Below are positions 59,186 to 64,000 of a stretch of DNA of 64,000 nt, in pieces. Below the pieces are notes generated by a model, which worked only from the letters and a program-made list of their open reading frames with translations, did no database searches and was not told the origin of the DNA. Within the stretch, counting starts at the first letter, position 1. Every line of letters starts with the position of its first letter. The position numbers were made by a program, and so were the translations under genes. Origin of the DNA: Pseudomonadota bacterium (GTDB lineage: Bacteria; Pseudomonadota; Alphaproteobacteria; UBA11222); assembly GCA_049325255.1 (NCBI GenBank), contig JBMOMW010000056.1, positions 3,137 to 67,136 of the forward strand. The letters are read 5' to 3'.

Positions 59186-59470
59186 TCAGGAATGCTCCCT
59201 GAGCCAGTCTTTCAGTGCCGCGTCGATGCGGGTCTGCCAGCCAGCGCCGGTGGCGCGGAACCGCTGCACCACGTCACGCGACAGGCGGATGGTGATGCGT
59301 TCCTTGGTGACGGCGGCAATGGGCCTGCCGCCAACGCGCAAAAATGGCTTAACCTGTTCCCATTCTTCGTCGGTATAGGGCATGGCATCCGGGTCTGACA
59401 TGGCCGCCGCCGTGATGGCGGCGTCTTCTTCGGGGGTGTTGTAGATATGGTCTGGCCTAAGTTTCGGCAT
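59186..59470 (-). CDS. brnA: BrnA antitoxin (ribbon-helix-helix, DUF4415-like)
   Basis: About 95 aa from MPKLRPD. Overlaps the upstream brnT gene by 14 nt. C-terminal RHH-like region (ITIRLSRDVVQRFRATG). Confidence 0.65.
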   Translation of the reverse strand: MPKLRPDHIYNTPEEDAAITAAAMSDPDAMPYTDEEWEQVKPFLRVGGRPIAAVTKERITIRLSRDVVQRFRATGAGWQTRIDAALKDWLREHS

Positions 59471-59726
59471 AATGTCTTTCCTCTTTATCGTTGGCCTTGC
59501 GCAAGGTAATGATGCGCCGCGTAGCGCCACGATCAACATAGGCCACAAAGTATAATCGCTGCCGGATATAGCCAATTGCACTCATTCTCAGCTCACCATA
59601 ATTGCGCCTTGTATCTAGCCAAATCACAGCCGTTTCCCAGGCAAGACCGCCCGCCTCGGCCAGAGATACGCCATGCTTTACTACATTGGAGGCATCCTTG
59701 GCGGGATCGAAGATAATCTCCAGCAT
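59457..59726 (-). CDS. brnT: BrnT family toxin (DUF497)
   Basis: About 90 aa. N-terminus (MLEIIFDPAKDASNVVKHGVSLAEA) matches the FxWDxxKxxxNxxKHGVxFxEA pattern. Confidence 0.7.
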   Translation of the reverse strand: MLEIIFDPAKDASNVVKHGVSLAEAGGLAWETAVIWLDTRRNYGELRMSAIGYIRQRLYFVAYVDRGATRRIITLRKANDKEERHYAET

Positions 59727-59783
59727 TATTGTGCATACACCATTGGAGGATATCAAGCATTATTGTGCATACACAATCCCGGC

Positions 59784-60980
59784 CTAATTCACCACGCCCC
59801 CCGCGCGCAGTTTTTCGATGGCGGCGGTGTCATAGCCCAGTTCGCCCAGCACCTCGGATGTGTGCTGGCCGGGTTCGGGCATGGGGCGTTTGGGGATGAT
59901 GGCTTCGCCGTTGAAGCGCACGGGGGAGGCGATGCCTTTTACCGTGCCGCCTTGCCCGTCCGGCACGTCGATGAACGCGCCGGAGGCATGCGCCTGGGGA
60001 TCATTCACCACCTGGCTGGGATGCAGCACGGGGGCCCAGACCAGATCGGCGTCGTCGAAAATTTTGCCCCATTCGGCCAGGGTGCGTTTGGCAATGGCCT
60101 CGTCGAACATTTTCACCATGACGGCGGCGTTTTCCTTGCGGTCGATGGGCGTTTTGAAGCGCGGATCATCCAGAATTTCCGGGTGTCCCACCACTTTGCA
60201 GATATCGCCAAAATCGGTTTTGTTGCCGCGCGGGATCAGCATCAGCCATTCGCCATCAGACGTTTTATAGAAATTGCGGGTGGCTTCATCGGCGCGTTCG
60301 CGCGGCGGGGTCGATGACAGCTTGCCGAAATGCATCTGTGTGGCCATGTCGGAGGCCAGCGCGAAAATACCGGTGCGCAACAGCGAAGTTTCGACGAGCA
60401 TGCCCCGGCCAGAGCGGTCGCGCGCATAAAGCGCGGCCAGAATGCCGCTGACCGTGGTGATGCCGGTGATATGATCGCCCACGGCGGCGCGCAGCGGGAT
60501 CGGATCGGCCCCCTTGGGCGCGATCATGCGCGCGAGGCCCGAGCGCGCCCAGAACGCCACAATGTCAAAACCGGGGCGGTTGGTTTCCTCGCCCTGTAAT
60601 CCGTAGCCAGTGACGCTGGCATAAATCAGCCGGGGGTTTGCAGCAGAAATGGTTTCATAATCCAGCCCCGCGCGTTGCAGGGCGGCGGGGCGCACATTGG
60701 TGATAAACACATCTGCGGATGCGATCATTTCGCGCACGATTTTTGCGCCCGCCGCATCGCGGATATTGACCGCCACGCCGCGCTTGCCGCGATTATCAAA
60801 CGCGAACATCGGATTACCGGTCAGTTTGTTGCGCGAAACGCCCTGAAACGCCTTGCGCACGGGATCGCCGCCAAGCTCTTCGATCTTGATGACATCGGCC
60901 CCCCAATCGGAGAGCACCATGGCGGCGGACGGCGCCGCCATATAGGTTGCCAGTTCAACGACTTTTACGCCTTCAAGCAT
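59784..60980 (-). CDS. CaiB/BaiF family (class III) CoA-transferase
   Basis: N-terminus (MLEGVKVVELATYMAAPSAAMVLSDWGADVIKIE). 398 aa. Confidence 0.8.
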   Translation of the reverse strand: MLEGVKVVELATYMAAPSAAMVLSDWGADVIKIEELGGDPVRKAFQGVSRNKLTGNPMFAFDNRGKRGVAVNIRDAAGAKIVREMIASADVFITNVRPAALQRAGLDYETISAANPRLIYASVTGYGLQGEETNRPGFDIVAFWARSGLARMIAPKGADPIPLRAAVGDHITGITTVSGILAALYARDRSGRGMLVETSLLRTGIFALASDMATQMHFGKLSSTPPRERADEATRNFYKTSDGEWLMLIPRGNKTDFGDICKVVGHPEILDDPRFKTPIDRKENAAVMVKMFDEAIAKRTLAEWGKIFDDADLVWAPVLHPSQVVNDPQAHASGAFIDVPDGQGGTVKGIASPVRFNGEAIIPKRPMPEPGQHTSEVLGELGYDTAAIEKLRAGGVVN

Positions 60981-60994
60981 CTGCTGTTCCTTTC

Positions 60995-61423
60995 TTATTT
61001 TTTATTCATCAGTACGCGGTCATACAGCTCATACAGGGCAAAGCCGCTGAACATCGCCAAAACAAAAATGATCGCCTCGCTGCGCCCCAGCGCCAGCACC
61101 GCCAGCGCCGGGCCGGGGCACAGGCCCGCAATGCCCCAGCCAATGCCGAACAGGCCGCCACCAAGGATCAGCCGCGCATCCAGATCGGTGCGCGTGGGAA
61201 CCTGAAACGCATCCGCCAATACAGGGCGCGGACGGCGTAACACCAGGCGATATCCAATGGCGGCAACGCCCGCGCCACCACCCATGACAAAGGCCAGGCT
61301 GGGGTCCCAATTGCCCGCCAGATCAAGGAATGAAAGAACTTTGGCGGGGTTCACCATCTGCGCAATGGTCAGGCCAATGCCGAATATTATGCCAACTGCA
61401 AAGGCGGAAATAATTTTGTTCAT
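60995..61423 (-). CDS. YeeE/YedE family membrane protein (second half-gene of a split pair)
   Basis: 142 aa, four hydrophobic segments, GLCPG motif. Start chosen at MNKIISAF. Confidence 0.6.
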   Translation of the reverse strand: MNKIISAFAVGIIFGIGLTIAQMVNPAKVLSFLDLAGNWDPSLAFVMGGGAGVAAIGYRLVLRRPRPVLADAFQVPTRTDLDARLILGGGLFGIGWGIAGLCPGPALAVLALGRSEAIIFVLAMFSGFALYELYDRVLMNKK

Positions 61424-61424
61424 G

Positions 61425-61853
61425 TCACGCCCCCAGCAGATGACGGATGATATAAACCGTCGCAAATCCGCTGAACATGAACGCCACTGTTGCCACCATT
61501 GAACGCACCGACAGACGCGAGACGCCACACACCCCATGACCACTGGTGCAACCACCGCCCAGCCGCGTGCCGAAACCCACAATCAGGCCAGCCGCCGCCA
61601 GCGCAAATGGCAATGAAACTGGAAACTGAATATCGGGCAACTGCCCACCCAGCGCCTTATAGACCAGCGGCCCGCAAATCAGCCCCAGCACAAAGGCCAG
61701 CCGCCATTGCCAATCGCCTGCAACCGGCACAATCAGCCCGCCCGCAATACCGCTGATACCCGCAATGCGGCCATTCAGCAGCATGAACAAAACCGCCGAC
61801 AGGCCGATCAGACTGCCGCCTATGAATGCGCTGATAGGGGTGAAATTTTCCAT
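61425..61853 (-). CDS. YeeE/YedE family membrane protein (first half-gene, with GCTSGHG motif)
   Basis: 142 aa. The conserved Cys motif [12 protein letters not shown] is typical of the YeeE/YedE (DUF395) sulfur-compound transporter family. Confidence 0.65.
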   Translation of the reverse strand: MENFTPISAFIGGSLIGLSAVLFMLLNGRIAGISGIAGGLIVPVAGDWQWRLAFVLGLICGPLVYKALGGQLPDIQFPVSLPFALAAAGLIVGFGTRLGGGCTSGHGVCGVSRLSVRSMVATVAFMFSGFATVYIIRHLLGA

Positions 61854-61915
61854 TTGTTACTTCCTCTAATCAAAATAATTTCAGACCATAATAATTTCAG
61901 ACCGGGGGCGCGCAC

Positions 61916-62015
61916 TTCGTCATTGCGAGCGAAGCGCGGCAATCCAGAGTCGCAAACACAGGCCTTTGCGTGAGACTCTGGATCGCCACGCCGCTTCGCG
62001 GCTCGCGATGACGCA
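61916..62015. repeat. roughly 100-bp palindromic intergenic repeat element, copy B
   Basis: TTCGTCATTGCGAGCGAAGCGCGGCAATCCAGAGTC ... GAGACTCTGGATCGCCACGCCGCTTCGCGGCTCGCGATGACGCA. Same family as 20281-20389. Confidence 0.7.
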
Positions 62016-62020
62016 TTAAG

Positions 62021-62887
62021 CTACGCCATCACCCCGGCCAGTTTCGCAATGCCGTCAAGACGGATTTTGAATTCGTCCAGCCCGCGCCCGCCCACCATAT
62101 GCACCACCTGTTCAACACCTGCATCTTCATAGCGTTTGAAACGATCGGCATCGCGCGCAGGGGCGTTCGGCATCACATAGATTTTGACATCCTTGCGTTT
62201 GCGTCCGGCATTGGCCAGCAATTCATCCAGGCGCTTCAGTTTGGCGGGCATATCCTCCGGCATCAGGCTGGCGCCTATCCAGCCCTGGCCGATATCGGCC
62301 ACCCGCTTTAACGCCGGTTCGCTTTCCCCGCCAAAGAAGATCGGCGGATGCGGTTTTTGCACCGGCTTTGGGTTTTGCAGGCTGGGCGGCAGGGTGAACA
62401 GTTTGCCCTTATGCTGCGACACCTCATCACACCAAAGGGTCTTCATCACCTCAATACATTCGCGGGTGCGTGTGCCACGATCGGCAAAGGGAATGCCCAG
62501 CGCGTCAAATTCTTCTTTCAGCCAGCCGACGCCGACGCCGAGATTAAGCCGTCCGCCGGAAAGATAATCCACATCCGATACGGCCTTGGCGGTGTAGACC
62601 GGCTGGCGTTGCGGCACCAGGGCGATGGCGGTGCCGATGCGGATGCGCTTGGTGTGCGCGGCCAAAAAGGCCAGCGCGATAAACGGGTCCAGCATGCCAT
62701 GGCGAAAGCCGGTGATCTTGCCATCTTCCGAATAGGGATAGCGCGAGGCATATTCCTCAAAAAACAATACATGTTCGGGTACCCAGAGGGCGGCAAAGCC
62801 GCGCTCCTCGATGGCCTGGCCCATGGCTGCTATCTGATCTGGCGGCGTTGCGCCGCTGGTGCTGCAAAAAATACCGACCTCAACCAT
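62021..62887 (-). CDS. LLM class F420-dependent-like oxidoreductase (TIGR03619-like)
   Basis: TIM-barrel LLM fold. Motifs WVPEH and GVGVGW. Start chosen at MVEVGIF. Confidence 0.7.
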   Translation of the reverse strand: MVEVGIFCSTSGATPPDQIAAMGQAIEERGFAALWVPEHVLFFEEYASRYPYSEDGKITGFRHGMLDPFIALAFLAAHTKRIRIGTAIALVPQRQPVYTAKAVSDVDYLSGGRLNLGVGVGWLKEEFDALGIPFADRGTRTRECIEVMKTLWCDEVSQHKGKLFTLPPSLQNPKPVQKPHPPIFFGGESEPALKRVADIGQGWIGASLMPEDMPAKLKRLDELLANAGRKRKDVKIYVMPNAPARDADRFKRYEDAGVEQVVHMVGGRGLDEFKIRLDGIAKLAGVMA

Positions 62888-62975
62888 GCTTGTCTCCATT
62901 TAGTGTTATTTTGATTAAGTGTACGGCGCTGTGCTAGCCTTACGCAACCATAAGCCACATATCAGGGAGGCGAAC

Positions 62976-63818
62976 ATGCAGTACGGCATTTCCATGTTTC
63001 CAACGGATTACTCCATTACCCCCGCCGATCTGGCGGTTGCCGCCGAAGCGCGCGGCATAGAATCCATCTGGTTCCCGGAACATTCGCATATTCCCGTGTC
63101 GCGCAAATCACCCTGGCCGGGCGGGCCGGAGCTGCCCAAACCCTATTATGATGTGATGGATCCATTTGTGGCGCTGGCCACCGCCGCCGCCGTGACGAAA
63201 AAGATCAAGCTGGCGACGGGCATCTGCCTGGTGATCCAGCGCGATCCGATCCAGACCGCCAAGCAGATATGCAGCCTGGACACGCTGTCCGGCGGGCGCT
63301 TTCTGTTTGGTGTCGGGGCGGGATGGAATGCCGAGGAAATGGCCGATCATGGCACAAAATTTGAGGAACGCATGGATGTGATGCGCGAACGCATCGCGGC
63401 GATCAAGCTGATCTGCTCCAAGAGCAAGCCGGAATATCATGGCAAGCATGTGAACTTCGAGCCGTTCATGACCTGGCCGAAAACCGTGCAGAAACCGCAC
63501 CCGCCGGTGCTGGTGGGCGGCGGCTATCCGCATGGCGCGCGGCGTGCGGCGGAATATGGCGATGGCTGGATGCCGATAACCGGGCGCGGCGACATCATCG
63601 CCGCCATTCCGAAATTCCGCCAGATGGTGGCCGAAAACGACCGTGACCCGGATTCGGTTGAAATCACCGTATTTGGCGTTGCGCCGGACGCCGAAAAAAT
63701 CAAACCCTATGGCGATGCGGGTGCGAAACGGGTGATTTTCGGGCTGCCGTCAGAAGGGGCCGATACAATCATGCCGCTGCTCGATAAGATGGCCGAAGTC
63801 ATGCGGAAGGCAAACTGA
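62976..63818 (+). CDS. LLM class F420-dependent-like oxidoreductase (paralog)
   Basis: Motifs WFPEH and GVGAGW. About 280 aa from MQYGISMF. Confidence 0.7.
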   Translation: MQYGISMFPTDYSITPADLAVAAEARGIESIWFPEHSHIPVSRKSPWPGGPELPKPYYDVMDPFVALATAAAVTKKIKLATGICLVIQRDPIQTAKQICSLDTLSGGRFLFGVGAGWNAEEMADHGTKFEERMDVMRERIAAIKLICSKSKPEYHGKHVNFEPFMTWPKTVQKPHPPVLVGGGYPHGARRAAEYGDGWMPITGRGDIIAAIPKFRQMVAENDRDPDSVEITVFGVAPDAEKIKPYGDAGAKRVIFGLPSEGADTIMPLLDKMAEVMRKAN

Positions 63819-63828
63819 GGAACACAAA

Positions 63829-64000
63829 ATGCAGCTAGGAAAATTAGGCGTCTGGCAGTTTACCGATGGCATGACGGCGGCCGAAGCGGCGGCGTTCGCC
63901 CAACGGGTTGAAAAATGGGGCTATGGCGCGCTGTGGATTCCCGAAGCCACCGGGCGCGAGCCGTTCGCCCATGCGGCCTGGCTGCTGGCCAACACCAAAA
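63829..64000 (+). CDS. LLM class oxidoreductase, N-terminal fragment (continues beyond the window)
   Basis: ATG preceded by a GAGG RBS. N-terminus (MQLGKLGVWQFTDGM...GYGALWIPEATGREPF) is LLM-like. Third tandem paralog. Confidence 0.55.
   Translation, partial: MQLGKLGVWQFTDGMTAAEAAAFAQRVEKWGYGALWIPEATGREPFAHAAWLLANTK

Noticed and set aside
61707-61973. 88-aa ORF ending in ...SSLRAKRGNPESQTQAFA
   Set aside because: Its C-terminus is a translation of the palindromic repeat element (copy B). The rest is antisense to a YeeE/YedE-family gene.

Overview
This window is a high-GC (about 60-65%) chromosomal segment that is almost certainly alphaproteobacterial, dominated by housekeeping genes in conserved synteny. 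Conserved blocks are dapB; murA-DUF2948-hisD-UPF0262-LMW phosphatase; infA-maf-rng; kpsF-lptC-lptA-lptB-rpoN-ptsN; hflK-hflC-degP; mrp and ETF-QO; hemC-hemD-hemX-like-hemY divergent from tsaD; queG, uppP and a GDP-mannose pyrophosphorylase. I identified four tRNA genes: Phe-GAA, Ser-GGA, Leu-CAG and Thr-CGU. The rest is SDR, CaiB-type CoA-transferase, Baeyer-Villiger monooxygenase and luciferase-like monooxygenase (LLM) genes plus small hypothetical ORFs. The most interesting accessory content is a roughly 2.2 kb islet carrying a complete m5C restriction-modification system (vsr, GIY-YIG endonuclease, Dcm-type methyltransferase). It sits at the 3' end of a small RNase D-like exonuclease gene and is flanked by about 55-bp direct repeats that duplicate the gene's 3' end. 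No integrase or transposase is present. A second, clearly low-GC islet next to tRNA-Thr carries a HigB/HigA-type toxin-antitoxin pair and an uncharacterised 195-aa protein, and there is a separate BrnT/BrnA toxin-antitoxin pair. Two copies of a roughly 100-bp palindromic intergenic repeat family were found, plus several other structured or palindromic intergenic regions. All calls rest on reading the translations and the DNA by eye. No database search was run.
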